A stretch of DNA of 64,000 nucleotides from Acidobacteriota bacterium (GCA_040005235.1 JBDTZG010000023.1:1-64000); one strand, 5' to 3'; counted from the first letter of the stretch, positions 28,854-39,049 are shown. Notes: generated from the letters alone by a model not told the origin. Made by a program: numbers and translations.

Positions 28854-31800
28854 TCACTGGTCCCTCCAGTTCTGCTCGCGTACGCAAACCGGGATCGCGG
28901 CGATGCATACCAGCTCGGTGTTGACCTGGAACGTCTTGATGTCCTGGGTGTATTCCGTGAACTTACAGTCTCCCGGAAACAGCGAGCGAAGGACGTTCTT
29001 TGCCTCGGCTGAGGGCTGACAGACCGCTCCGGTCTGCGGCGGATCGGAGGTGGGGGGACGTTTGTTCTTGCTGATGTTGGTCTCTACGAAGGGGTTGGTC
29101 ACGAACGACTTGATGACCCGTCGACGGTTTTCGGGGTCGGTGCCGAGCACAGGATTGGCGTTTGTCGCGAGAACGGTATAGATGTTGCTGGTTCCGTTTC
29201 GCTCGCAACGACCGCCGCCGATCGATTGAAGGGACGGCACGAACCCGGTGAACACCGAGATCCCCGACAGGGTGAGCGCTTTGGAGATCAAACGCTCGTT
29301 TGCGCTCAGCAACATCGTCCAGCCCGCTTGGCTGCCGATCGGCGGCAAGCTCAAGAAGTTCGTCCCCGCGCTTGCAACCGCGGTGTCCAGGGAGATTTGC
29401 ACGAAGTCGGCGCCGGTCTTGGGCAGCGTCGTATTGACGCTCGGCAATTCGGTGGCGCCCTGCGCGTGCCAACCGGTATCCAGCACGAAGTAGAACCGGC
29501 CTTCGATGAGCGCTTCACCCATCTTGTTTGGGTCGCTCCACAGGTCCTCGCGGTTACCGGTACCGAACCCAAGCGCAAACTGACCGCTCTTCGCATCGAA
29601 GACCACCGAAGGCGGGAAGAAGACCGGACGGATCTTTTCGGTCGCGGTGCCCCGGTCGGTCGCGGTGTCGAAGACCTTCACCGGCGCCCAGGCCGCCGAA
29701 GTAATGCGCTTCCTACCGGATCCGTCGACGACCAGCTGGACGTCTTTCGACATGTCGACTTTGTAAACCCAACCCTTGGTGGTGCCGATGTAGACGCGAT
29801 CCAAATAGCCGTCGAGATCGGTGTCGATCGCCGCGGGATCGCTCGGCGCCGAGCCGTCAAGCTGGCGCTTGTAGATGACCAAGCCGGTTTCGATATCGAC
29901 CATGTAAAGCCAATTTCCGCGCTTGTTCTGCCGCGAGGGATCCATCCCGCCGCCGAAGATCGCGACGTAATGATCCTCGTACACTTTGGGGGTTGCCGTA
30001 CCGTCGACGAGAATCCGGATGCGGCCGGTGTTCGGCGTCGACCAGGTATCGCCGAGGTCGCCGGTCTCATCGCTGTCGTTGTCCTCGTTGTTGTCCTCGT
30101 CCGAGGCGTCGCTGAAGCTCCAGAGCACCGAACCGAACGGCACCGGACCGCAGTTCGAGCCGCCGTTCCAGCAGGATGGTACGTAGCCCCCGCCGAGCGG
30201 CTGGGGAACGCTGCTTGTGTTGAGCACGTCGGGCTGGGTCACGTCGAGAGTGAAGTAACCATTTCCGCCTTCGCGCAGGCTGCCTATCAACACGGTGCGC
30301 CATTCGCGATCCGTGGCGGTCGGGGTGCCGGTGTGGCTCGGATCCATGAACACGTCATCGACTTGAATTGTGCCGTCGACGCCCCAATTCTGAGAGTAGG
30401 TACTCGCTTGACCGTAGAGATGCTTGAGCATCGGGCGCGGCACGAACGCCATCACTTCCTTGCCCGTGCCGTTGTCGAAAGACTTGGGCGTCAGGCTCGT
30501 GCGATAGATGCCGGCATCGAAAAGGTGCATCTCGCCGTCGTTGCTGCCGACCGCGGCGACGCGGCGACGATATTGATGCTTCTGCCGGAAACACCGGTAG
30601 CCCTTGTTCGAGGTGCATGGCGTCGAGATGCCCGGCGGATTCGGCACGTCGTTGTCGTAATACGCGATTCGATTAGGTGCGCTCAGCAGTACCGGATTCG
30701 AGTGGAAGATATCGCCGAGCACGAACGTCGCCGTTCTGGATGCGTCTACAACGGCCTGTTTCTCCCCCAGCGTGTACTTGATCGCCCCTTCGACCAGCGA
30801 ATTGGCGGTGTCCACGGCGAACGAGTCAGAAGTGTTCACGCCCAACAGTCCCATTCCTTCCCAAAGGTCCTGCTGGTCGGCAAGAGTTGTCTGTGGCAGC
30901 AGGAGCCTGCGCCCCGCGGGAACCGCCGCAGTAGAGGCGGCTTTCGCATAAAACAGCCGCCGCTCATTATCGCCGGCACCGATCATCCAAGTCGGTGATC
31001 CGCCTTGCAGCTGGACGAACGAGGGCGCCTGTTCGAGGATCTTCACCCCGGCGTCCCAAAGGAAGCACTGGCTTCGAACGCCGACTCCCGGCGTCGCCGA
31101 GCAGAGCGTCTGGGTGCTTGGCTTGCCCGCGGCGTCGAGCGGGACCGGTTTCAAGAACGCGGACAGATGCCCGTCCCACGTAGCGCCGGCGCCCGGAGCC
31201 GGCGTGGGAAGGCGGTTCCCTAACCCATCCTCAAGGTGAGGCTCGACGAACGAGGTAGGATTGAGCGACGTAAAGTTTGGAACGTAGACGGTGTCCTCGA
31301 AGTTCGCCTGCACGGTCGGCACCGCGGCGGACGAGAAGGAACGGCTCGTTTGGGTGACCCGCTCAAAGATGGTTTGAAGAGCTTTGGCAAGGCCCACCTG
31401 GTCCGTGGGGTTGAACGGTCTGATGGTTCCACCCGATCCCTTGTCCGCCAGGCACGAGAGCACGCTGCCGCCGATCGAGACCTGACCGAACGCCAGGACG
31501 ATCGTCGTGATGCCGTACTTCTCGTACAAGACCTTCGCACCCTGACAGGCCGGCCCGAGCTCGCCATCGCCGCCACAGGTATCGAGTCCGTCGGTGAGAA
31601 TGAGCAAATATTTTCCGCGACAATCGAAGAACTGGTCGTCCGCCTTGGCAACGCCCGCCCAGCCGGGGGTCGAGCAGGTAGCATTCATCGCGTCGTCGTC
31701 ATGGCATCCCGCATACCAGTCCCGAAACTGGCTCATCGAGTTACCGAGCGGTGTATTGCCCTGGGCCAGCAGCGGCACCTGCAGGGGATCTACGAGCGGC

Positions 31801-32894
31801 GGATTGGCGACCGAGCCGAAAGGAGCGGTGGCCGTCTGGGTGAGGTACTGAATGTAACGCGCCTGCCCGAAATCGGGAACCGTCTCGCTGCCCCTCAGGT
31901 TCGGCGCCAATCGACGCAGGATCTCGTCGCGGTTCGACGCACCCCAATCGAACGGCAAGAAATCGCCGCGGTCAAATTTCGTGTTCGTGGGGTACAAAGG
32001 ATTGATCGTGGTTGCCAGTTTGTACCTGTCGACCATCGAGTCGCTATTGGCGTCCATGCCGGAACAGCTCTCCAAAACGCCGGTGCCGGGGCCCGACGCC
32101 GGTCCGAGCGGAATGTCCGCCGCGTAAGAGGTGCGCGCGTAGGTCTGGCGGACCAGGTTGAACGTGACGTCTTTGGTTTCCGTGACTGTAAACGTTGCCG
32201 GACATGACCCTACCACCGACCGGACGACGCGCACCGTGATCGTCGGGTCGCCCAGGTTCCCGGCGATCTTCTGAGTCGTGACTTTGAACCCCTTAAGAGA
32301 GGAGGGCGCGGTGGTTGGACGCAGCCAGATCGTCCAGGTGTTGGTGCCGAGATCCCCAAGACGCGGGGTGAATTGGGTTCGTGCATCAAAGCCGCCGTTG
32401 GCGATTGCGACCATGCTCGTGCATCCCCCCACGGTGGTATTCGCACCTGGGGTGTCCTCGCCGCCGAACACGTAAGGCACCCCCCTGACCGGATAGCCCA
32501 ATGCCGATGGGGATGACGACCATCCTGGGTTGGCCGCCGGGGTATAGATCCAATGTTTCCGGCGCACCAACGTCTGATCCTGGTTGAAGGTCGCGAAACC
32601 GTACTGGACGTCGGGGTTGTTGCCCAGCGCCGTGTAGAGCGCGCTCTTGGCCTGGTAGAACTTCGATTCGGGGTCGTCGCCCGAACCGATCGGCGAACTC
32701 GAGTCGGCCGGCTTCTCGTTCATCGAGCCCGAGGTATCCAAGAGGATGAACATGTAGGGGGGCGCCGGCGACTGCCGCAGAAGCAAACGATCGTCGGCGC
32801 GACCGGAACCCAGGCCGAGGCACAATCCTTGAACCAACAGCGCCGCCGCGACCGTTCGCGACCGTCCGGAGAATCCCTGCCTTCGGTGTTTCAT
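28854..32894 (-). CDS. pilY1: PilY1/PilC-like pilus tip adhesin (vWA + beta-propeller)
   Basis: MIDAS LLDTSGSM, TPL, LTDG. LGDIFHSNP, GSNDGEMHLF, LGDTWSTP. Ca-loop DTDLDGYLD. GGAGGAG RBS before MKHRR. Confidence 0.88.
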   Translation of the reverse strand: MKHRRQGFSGRSRTVAAALLVQGLCLGLGSGRADDRLLLRQSPAPPYMFILLDTSGSMNEKPADSSSPIGSGDDPESKFYQAKSALYTALGNNPDVQYGFATFNQDQTLVRRKHWIYTPAANPGWSSSPSALGYPVRGVPYVFGGEDTPGANTTVGGCTSMVAIANGGFDARTQFTPRLGDLGTNTWTIWLRPTTAPSSLKGFKVTTQKIAGNLGDPTITVRVVRSVVGSCPATFTVTETKDVTFNLVRQTYARTSYAADIPLGPASGPGTGVLESCSGMDANSDSMVDRYKLATTINPLYPTNTKFDRGDFLPFDWGASNRDEILRRLAPNLRGSETVPDFGQARYIQYLTQTATAPFGSVANPPLVDPLQVPLLAQGNTPLGNSMSQFRDWYAGCHDDDAMNATCSTPGWAGVAKADDQFFDCRGKYLLILTDGLDTCGGDGELGPACQGAKVLYEKYGITTIVLAFGQVSIGGSVLSCLADKGSGGTIRPFNPTDQVGLAKALQTIFERVTQTSRSFSSAAVPTVQANFEDTVYVPNFTSLNPTSFVEPHLEDGLGNRLPTPAPGAGATWDGHLSAFLKPVPLDAAGKPSTQTLCSATPGVGVRSQCFLWDAGVKILEQAPSFVQLQGGSPTWMIGAGDNERRLFYAKAASTAAVPAGRRLLLPQTTLADQQDLWEGMGLLGVNTSDSFAVDTANSLVEGAIKYTLGEKQAVVDASRTATFVLGDIFHSNPVLLSAPNRIAYYDNDVPNPPGISTPCTSNKGYRCFRQKHQYRRRVAAVGSNDGEMHLFDAGIYRTSLTPKSFDNGTGKEVMAFVPRPMLKHLYGQASTYSQNWGVDGTIQVDDVFMDPSHTGTPTATDREWRTVLIGSLREGGNGYFTLDVTQPDVLNTSSVPQPLGGGYVPSCWNGGSNCGPVPFGSVLWSFSDASDEDNNEDNDSDETGDLGDTWSTPNTGRIRILVDGTATPKVYEDHYVAIFGGGMDPSRQNKRGNWLYMVDIETGLVIYKRQLDGSAPSDPAAIDTDLDGYLDRVYIGTTKGWVYKVDMSKDVQLVVDGSGRKRITSAAWAPVKVFDTATDRGTATEKIRPVFFPPSVVFDAKSGQFALGFGTGNREDLWSDPNKMGEALIEGRFYFVLDTGWHAQGATELPSVNTTLPKTGADFVQISLDTAVASAGTNFLSLPPIGSQAGWTMLLSANERLISKALTLSGISVFTGFVPSLQSIGGGRCERNGTSNIYTVLATNANPVLGTDPENRRRVIKSFVTNPFVETNISKNKRPPTSDPPQTGAVCQPSAEAKNVLRSLFPGDCKFTEYTQDIKTFQVNTELVCIAAIPVCVREQNWRDQ

Positions 32895-32959
32895 AACTCC
32901 TCCTGGCGCCACGAACCCAGCCGCCTGCGCCTCAATCGACAAATTTCTCAATCGTCAAG

Positions 32960-33487
32960 TCAGGGTGCAGGCACTACCGGAAGCTGCGGTTTGAAAGGTT
33001 GAATGTCGAGCATCGCGTTCAGCCGCTTCTCGGCGAGGGGCACGTCCGTGCCGTCGCTCGTGGTGCCCTTGCGGCTCGCGGTGATATCGACGAAGTAGGT
33101 GATCGCCCGATAGGGCTCTTCTCCCGGTTGCTGATTGACCTCGCACAGCGCGCAGTAGGGGGAATTGAGCCGGGTATACGAGTTGCGCTGGATCTTGATT
33201 CCGAGGCTCGCGGGCGAGCCGTCATCCGGCGTGAACGAGCTCCCCGCCTGGAATTCGCCCAGGATCAGCGCGCGGGCCGTCGCCTCCATCATCCCTGCGT
33301 CGGCGGCGTAGAAGACACGGTTGATCATTTTTTCGTTCGCGCCGATCTGCAGCTCGTTTTGGGTGACGAGAGACAAGGAGAGGCCGATCACCGTGAGCAG
33401 GAGAAGCAGCAGCAGAGCCACGATGTAGGCGCTCCCCTGCTCGGCCCAGAGGACGTTTCCACGACGGATGCCGCGATGGATCTTCAT
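32960..33487 (-). CDS. pilX: PilX-like minor pilin
   Basis: EQG|SAYIVALLLLLLLTVIG (no Glu5), VFYAADAG. Confidence 0.8.
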   Translation of the reverse strand: MKIHRGIRRGNVLWAEQGSAYIVALLLLLLLTVIGLSLSLVTQNELQIGANEKMINRVFYAADAGMMEATARALILGEFQAGSSFTPDDGSPASLGIKIQRNSYTRLNSPYCALCEVNQQPGEEPYRAITYFVDITASRKGTTSDGTDVPLAEKRLNAMLDIQPFKPQLPVVPAP

Positions 33488-34821
33488 GACAGATTCCTCA
33501 AGTCGACCACCGTTTGCAGCAGTCGGCGCCGATACATCCGGTCGGTGCGACCGTTGGTGCGGTCGGGCACGTCGAAGGCGTAGGCGTGGTCTTCCGAGCG
33601 ATCCAGGATCGGCGCAATGTAGTCGGAATCTCGCCGTTCCGTGCGCGCGAGCGTGCTGATCCGAAGGTAGGCGAGCTTGCCTGCGATTGGGTTTTCGGGT
33701 GCGGCGTTCGCGGCCTCGGCGATCCGGACGTTTCCCAGCCACTCATCCGTCGGCTGCTGGGCGATGTCGGGGGCCTCGACCACCAGGCCGTCATTGTTGG
33801 TGTCGATGCCATAGGTCGCCTGGAGATCGACGATGCCGGACGCGATGTCGACGGTCAGGTTCGCGGGATTGTTTCCATAGGGGATTTCGGTCCCGGGATA
33901 AAATCGCGCGCGGGTAAGGACCGGTACCAGATCGCTCGCGGGATCGGTCGGGTCGGCCCGGTCTTCCCGCACGTAATAACGGTACTCTTCGAGGATCCCA
34001 ACGTAGATCGCGCTGTTCAGCTGGGGCGGCATGTGGAAAGCGCCCGGAGGCTGCAAGGCGCGATACGCAACCGACAACGGCTCGTCGTTGGTCAGATATT
34101 TGATCGTTACGCCTTCCAAGGCCCCGCATTCGGTGGCGGTCTTCGTCGAGTTGACCGGATCCATCACGATCACGGTGTAAAAAGTATGATCGAGCGGCGA
34201 GGTCAAGATCAGCGCTTCGTAGCTCGGTCCCCGCGAAGGGTCGGCGGCCGCGTCGATCAAATCCTTGAACGGCGCGAGCGGCTGGTCGATCCCGGCTGGC
34301 GATAGGGCGCAGAGCTGAAACTCGCCATTGGTGGTGGTCGCGGGATCGGCATCCCCCGCGCTGCCCGGAGGGTTCGGACCATCGTCCCAGCGCCGGTACC
34401 CCAGCTTGTCGAGCGTGTTGAGCTGAAAGATCTGGGTTGAAAAGACGCCGCGCAGCGTGATCAGGTCCGTGCCGTCGAGCAGCTTGGGTGTAGCGGCGTC
34501 GCCCGGAATCAGGCGCGCAGCCGAACCCGTGACGTTGCTGCGCACGGAAATGGCGATTCCCGTCGGCAAAGGCGTACCCGGTTGGACGGAGGGCAACCCG
34601 CCGCGGCCGGCCATCCGGGCGAGTCGCACCATGTCGTACTGACCGATGCGCAACGACTGCTGCATTTCCGAGATCCGGGTCTGGACCCGGGCGAGACGGT
34701 CGCTCAGATTGAACAGCTGGAGCATGATCAGGGTCAGGATCAACGTCACGCCGAGCACGATCAATAGCTCTATAACCGTGAAGCCCGACGGCGTGCTGCG
34801 CAAGGAGCGGCTACTTTTCAT
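33484..34821 (-). CDS. pilW: PilW-like minor pilin
   Basis: SG|FTVIELLIVL, ARMAG, IVDLQATYGID, terminal TVVDLRN. Confidence 0.8.
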   Translation of the reverse strand: MKSSRSLRSTPSGFTVIELLIVLGVTLILTLIMLQLFNLSDRLARVQTRISEMQQSLRIGQYDMVRLARMAGRGGLPSVQPGTPLPTGIAISVRSNVTGSAARLIPGDAATPKLLDGTDLITLRGVFSTQIFQLNTLDKLGYRRWDDGPNPPGSAGDADPATTTNGEFQLCALSPAGIDQPLAPFKDLIDAAADPSRGPSYEALILTSPLDHTFYTVIVMDPVNSTKTATECGALEGVTIKYLTNDEPLSVAYRALQPPGAFHMPPQLNSAIYVGILEEYRYYVREDRADPTDPASDLVPVLTRARFYPGTEIPYGNNPANLTVDIASGIVDLQATYGIDTNNDGLVVEAPDIAQQPTDEWLGNVRIAEAANAAPENPIAGKLAYLRISTLARTERRDSDYIAPILDRSEDHAYAFDVPDRTNGRTDRMYRRRLLQTVVDLRNLS

Positions 34822-34834
34822 CGGCCCGGATCCT

Positions 34835-35380
34835 TTAAAAAACCTTGATCGAAGAAAGCGTGACCTTCTTGGTCAAGCCGAGGAGCGCCAAAGCGGTACT
34901 CGCCCCGGTTCGGCCCGGTGAAACCTCAATATCGATCTGGCGCAGCTGGGCGGGCGGAATGACCCCGCCCGGTTGCAGCGTGGTGCAGCGGCCGTTGGCA
35001 AAATCGGCAAGGTCGCATTGGCGGATCGATACTTTCCGGTTCCAGACCGGATCCTGCGAGCCGAGCGTCGTCGAGTCGACCCATGACCTCGACGCCCCCG
35101 AGTAATAGGTCGTGGTCACGAGCTCGGTGGCGCCGTTCGGCACCGCGACATCCACGTTGTCGATCGGCAGGTCGTTCAAACGCTCCAACTCCGATTTGGC
35201 CGCGTTGGTCAACTGGGTATATTGGTTGCCTGAGGAATTGCTCATCGCGGACCGGGTGAAGATCGGCAGCAGGCCGAGCAGGATGAACAGCAGGATCGCG
35301 GAGGCGATCAGCACCTCGATAACGGAAAAGCCACGCTCCTTCTGCGGTCGCTTCCCTCGGAAGCTCCAGGTCTCTGGCAC
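34835..35380 (-). CDS. pilV: PilV-like minor pilin
   Basis: ERG|FSVIEVLIASAILLFILLGL, AKSELERL. Confidence 0.78.
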   Translation of the reverse strand: MPETWSFRGKRPQKERGFSVIEVLIASAILLFILLGLLPIFTRSAMSNSSGNQYTQLTNAAKSELERLNDLPIDNVDVAVPNGATELVTTTYYSGASRSWVDSTTLGSQDPVWNRKVSIRQCDLADFANGRCTTLQPGGVIPPAQLRQIDIEVSPGRTGASTALALLGLTKKVTLSSIKVF

Positions 35381-35428
35381 GGCGGATCCTCCCTTTTGCG
35401 GCTGCGGTCCTCTTGCGGTATCGATGAA

Positions 35429-35444
35429 AGCAAAGCCGGGGCCA
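35429..35444 (-). promoter_or_regulatory. sigma54 promoter of the pilV-W-X-Y1 operon
   Basis: Minus strand TGGCCCcggctTTGCT, GG-N10-GC, about 50 nt upstream of pilV. Confidence 0.72.
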
Positions 35445-35533
35445 CTGAATCACGTCGTTTGTTTTCAATGGTTTCCAAGAGATCCCTTGCCCCGACCTCA
35501 AGCCTGCGCGCTACCGACGGTAACGATTTTGCC

Positions 35534-36865
35534 TCAGTTGCGGTACTTCGGCACCCCTTGGAGATCCAGCTCCTGAATCTTTCGCTGGAGGGTGCGATAG
35601 CTCATCCCGAGCGCCTCGGCCGCCCGCAGCTTGTCCCCTTCCGCGGCGATCAAAGCGCTCTCGATGCGCTCGCGCTCCGAGCGCGGCGGGCGGACCACGG
35701 CTCGCAGGTCGGCCGCCCGTAGGGTGGAACCCGAGGCGAGGATCGCCGCCCGTTCGAGAACGTTCCCGAGCTCGCGGACGTTGCCCGGCCAGGATTCCGA
35801 CGAGAGGAGATCCACCGCATCCGCCGCCAGCGTAAGCGGTGCGCTACGGTGCCGCTCCGCGAGTCGATTCAGAAGGTGTCGGGCCAGAAGCGGAATATCG
35901 CTCGTCCGTTCGCGCAGAGCGGGCAGCTCGAGCGGAAAGACAGCCAGGCGGAAGAAAAGATCGGAGCGGAACGAGCCGGCTGCCGCCATCGCCTCCAGAT
36001 CGCGGTTGGTCGCGGCGACCATTCGGACGTCGGCGTGCAACGTGGCGCCGCCTCCTACCCGCTCGAACGACCGCTCCTCCAGCACGCGCAGTACTTTGCC
36101 CTGCACCTCCGGGCGAAGCTCGCCGATCTCGTCGAGAAACAGGGTGCCGGAGGCGGCGAGCTCGAAACGGCCGACCTGGCGCCGGTCAGCGCCGGTGAAC
36201 GCACCGCGCTCGTGACCGAACAGCTCGTTTTCGATCAAGGTCTCGGGGATCGCCGCGCAGTTCACTGCGACGAAGGGTCCAGAGCGCCGCGGCGAGAGCG
36301 CGTGAAGCGCCCGGGCGAACAGCTCTTTACCGGTGCCGCTTTCTCCCGTGAGCAATACCGTGCTCTCGGTCGGAGCCACGCGTTCGAGCAGGCGCAGGGC
36401 GGCGCGGAGGCGCGGATGACGGCCGACGATCGGCGGCGCTCCGGGCGGCGCGAAAACGGGCGGCGCGGCCGCCTCTTCTCCCTCGGTGCCCAAGGCGCGT
36501 TCGAGCAGGCGAGCCAGATCGTCGATCTCGACCGGCTTTTCGAGAAAATCGTAGGCGCCCTGCTTCATCGCCTCGACGGCGGTCGCCACGGAGCCGAAAC
36601 CGGTAAGCACGATCACCGGAGCCGTGGGCGCCGCCTGCCGGGCGGCGGCGAGCACGTCGAGCCCCGAGCCGTCCGGCAGCTTGAGATCGGTAAGGATCGC
36701 GGCGAACGCCCCTGCCGTGAGCTTCGCCTTGGCCTCCGCAACGTCCGCGGCGCTCGCCACCTCGTACCCTTCTTCCGAAAGCGCGGTGACCAGCAGGCGG
36801 CGAAGCGAGTCCTTATCCTCAACCACCAGGAGCCGGGCTCGCCGCCGTGCCGGGCGCTGGCTCAC
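35534..36865 (-). CDS. pilR: sigma54-dependent response regulator (PilR/NtrC family)
   Basis: Receiver LLVVED..LTDLKLP, Walker A GESGTGKE, GAFTGA, WPGNVREL, Fis HTH. GTG start overlaps the selA stop. Confidence 0.85.
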   Translation of the reverse strand: MSQRPARRRARLLVVEDKDSLRRLLVTALSEEGYEVASAADVAEAKAKLTAGAFAAILTDLKLPDGSGLDVLAAARQAAPTAPVIVLTGFGSVATAVEAMKQGAYDFLEKPVEIDDLARLLERALGTEGEEAAAPPVFAPPGAPPIVGRHPRLRAALRLLERVAPTESTVLLTGESGTGKELFARALHALSPRRSGPFVAVNCAAIPETLIENELFGHERGAFTGADRRQVGRFELAASGTLFLDEIGELRPEVQGKVLRVLEERSFERVGGGATLHADVRMVAATNRDLEAMAAAGSFRSDLFFRLAVFPLELPALRERTSDIPLLARHLLNRLAERHRSAPLTLAADAVDLLSSESWPGNVRELGNVLERAAILASGSTLRAADLRAVVRPPRSERERIESALIAAEGDKLRAAEALGMSYRTLQRKIQELDLQGVPKYRN

Positions 36866-38289
36866 GGCGCCCCGCGATACGCCAGTGCCGCCGCCTCGCC
36901 GAGCGCGGCGTCGTCTTCGGGATCGACGGTGCGCAGATCGAGCAGGAGGCGCCCTTCGCGCAGGTAGCCGACCACCGCGACCGGGCCGGCGCGCAGGCGG
37001 CGCGAGATTTCGGGCTCGTCGGGCAGGGCGAGCGCCTCGCCCGGAATCGGCGCCTCGGGCGCGGAGCCACCGCCCAGGAACGCTTCGGCGGGCACGATCT
37101 CGGACGTCACCCCCGCGGCGGCCAGCCTGGCGGCGAGCGCCGCCAACCGGGCGCGATGAAGCGTCGGGTCGGGCCACAGGCGATCGACGGGCAAGGGTGC
37201 CCCCGCCAGGTGGAGGCGAAGAACCCCTTCGAGCGCCGCGAGCGCCGCCCGATCGGGGCGCAACGCCCGATAGAACGGATGCTTGCGGCAGCGCTCGATC
37301 AGCTCCCGCCGCCCGACCAGGAGGCCCGCCTGCGGCCCGCCCATCAATTTGTCGCCGCTGCCGCAACAGAGGTCGCACCTAGCGGCGATCAGCTGGGCGA
37401 GGCTCGGGTGATCGCGAAGCTGCGGCTCGGAACGCGGGCGGAGGAGCCCGCTGCCCTCGTCGACCAAAATCGGCACGCCGAGCCTCCGGCCCAGCGCCGC
37501 AAGAGCGGTCGGCTCGACCGCGGCGACGAAACCCGACTGCTTGAAGTTGCTCGGAAAGACTTTGAGCAGAAGGGCGGTATCCGGTCCGACTGCCGCTTCG
37601 TAGTCGGCGAGGCGGGTGCGGTTGGTGCTCCCGACTTCGACCAGCCGAGCGCCCGCTGCAGCCATGATCTCGGGCAGCCGGAACGATCCGCCGATCTCCA
37701 CCAACTCACCGCGCGAGACCACCACCTCGCGGCCCGCGGCGAGGCTGATCAGGGCGAGCACCAGGGAGGCCGCGTTGTTGTTGACGGCGACCGCCGCCTC
37801 CGCCCCGGTCGCGCGCATCAACAAGCGCTCGACCCGGCCGTTGCGCTGTCCACGCCGGCCGGTCGCAAGATCGAACTCGAGATCGCAGGCAGCGTCGAGC
37901 AGCGCGGGGAGCGCGGCGGCGACCGGCTTGGGCAAGGGGGCGCGGCCCAGATTGGTATGCAGGAAGATGCCGGTGGCGTTGATCACCCGGACCAGCCGGG
38001 GTCCCTCTTCTTCCGCGAGAGCGGCTTCGATGGCCCCAGGCAGGCGCTCGATCTCGGCCGCGAGGGGAGTGCCCGGCCCCGATCCCTCCGCCGGGAGACC
38101 CGACCGAAGCGCCTCGACCGCGCGGCGGGCTTGGACCGCCACGGGATCACGCCCGTATAATGCGACGAGCCCTGCAACGCGCGGATGCGCGAGCAGGCGG
38201 TCGATCGAAGGGAGCCGACGGCGAAGATCGTCTTCGAACGGGGCCGTCGATCTGATCTCAAGGTTGGTTGCGGACGTGGAATCTTCCAT
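36862..38289 (-). CDS. selA: L-seryl-tRNA(Sec) selenium transferase
   Basis: LRRRLPSID, RVINATGIFLHTNLGRAP, VNNNAA, SRGELVEIGGSFRLP, EVGSTNRT, SGDKLMGGPQAG. Start uncertain. Confidence 0.92.
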   Translation of the reverse strand: MEDSTSATNLEIRSTAPFEDDLRRRLPSIDRLLAHPRVAGLVALYGRDPVAVQARRAVEALRSGLPAEGSGPGTPLAAEIERLPGAIEAALAEEEGPRLVRVINATGIFLHTNLGRAPLPKPVAAALPALLDAACDLEFDLATGRRGQRNGRVERLLMRATGAEAAVAVNNNAASLVLALISLAAGREVVVSRGELVEIGGSFRLPEIMAAAGARLVEVGSTNRTRLADYEAAVGPDTALLLKVFPSNFKQSGFVAAVEPTALAALGRRLGVPILVDEGSGLLRPRSEPQLRDHPSLAQLIAARCDLCCGSGDKLMGGPQAGLLVGRRELIERCRKHPFYRALRPDRAALAALEGVLRLHLAGAPLPVDRLWPDPTLHRARLAALAARLAAAGVTSEIVPAEAFLGGGSAPEAPIPGEALALPDEPEISRRLRAGPVAVVGYLREGRLLLDLRTVDPEDDAALGEAAALAYRGAP

Positions 38290-38313
38290 CCCGCCGGGCA
38301 TTCTAGGAGAAGC

Positions 38314-38961
38314 GTGAACCCCAAGCGAAGCGCTCCTTCCACTGGACCCGGCGTGGCACCGCACGCCGGCCCAGGCCCCGAGCGGGTGCGAGGGGCAAAC
38401 GCAAGTCCGAAATCCGGCCCGGCCTCGCACCTGGAGGTCCTCGACCTGATCGAGCAGGAGATTCAACAACTGCGGATCGATTTCGAGCGATTCCTCTCGG
38501 GCGCACTGCCGTTCCCGCCCGAGGAACAACGCACGCGAATTCAGAACCAGCTCAAAGGACTGCGCAATGCCACGATGCGCTCCGCCGTCGAGGGTTTCCG
38601 GCTGGGCGTCCTCGAAGCGCGCTTCAACAGCTACAACGAGCTGTTCAACCGGCGGGTCCGGGAGCGCGAAGAGGGACGTCGCGTCGCGCGCGTCGCGGCC
38701 GCGCCGTCGGCCCCGCAATTCGATCCCCGGCGCGGGATCGTGGTCGACGGCAAGGTCGACCGGCAGGCGGCCGAGGCGCTCTACACGGCGCTCGCCGCCG
38801 GTTCAGGCGGCGGCCCAAATTTCGATCTTGCGACTTTCCAGACCTATCTCGAACGACAGACCGCGGCGTTGCGCGGCAAGACCGGCTGCGCTGCGGTCCA
38901 GTTCCGGCTCGCCGAAGAGGATGGCAAGCTGAAGCTCAAAGCGCGGCCGGTGGGCGACTAG
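38314..38961 (+). CDS. Hypothetical protein resembling the MXAN_5187 C-terminal domain
   Basis: LRIDFERFLSG..PP...RFNSYNELFNRRVREREEG...VQFRLAEEDGKLKLKARP. Family recalled from memory, not searched. Confidence 0.6.
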   Translation: MNPKRSAPSTGPGVAPHAGPGPERVRGANASPKSGPASHLEVLDLIEQEIQQLRIDFERFLSGALPFPPEEQRTRIQNQLKGLRNATMRSAVEGFRLGVLEARFNSYNELFNRRVREREEGRRVARVAAAPSAPQFDPRRGIVVDGKVDRQAAEALYTALAAGSGGGPNFDLATFQTYLERQTAALRGKTGCAAVQFRLAEEDGKLKLKARPVGD

Positions 38962-39049
38962 ACCGCCCGGAAGCCTCCGGATGGCCTTCCCCCGAACTAC
39001 CGAAGAGCATAGATTCCGTTTTCGTCGCCTCAGGTTAAGGAGATTCAAG

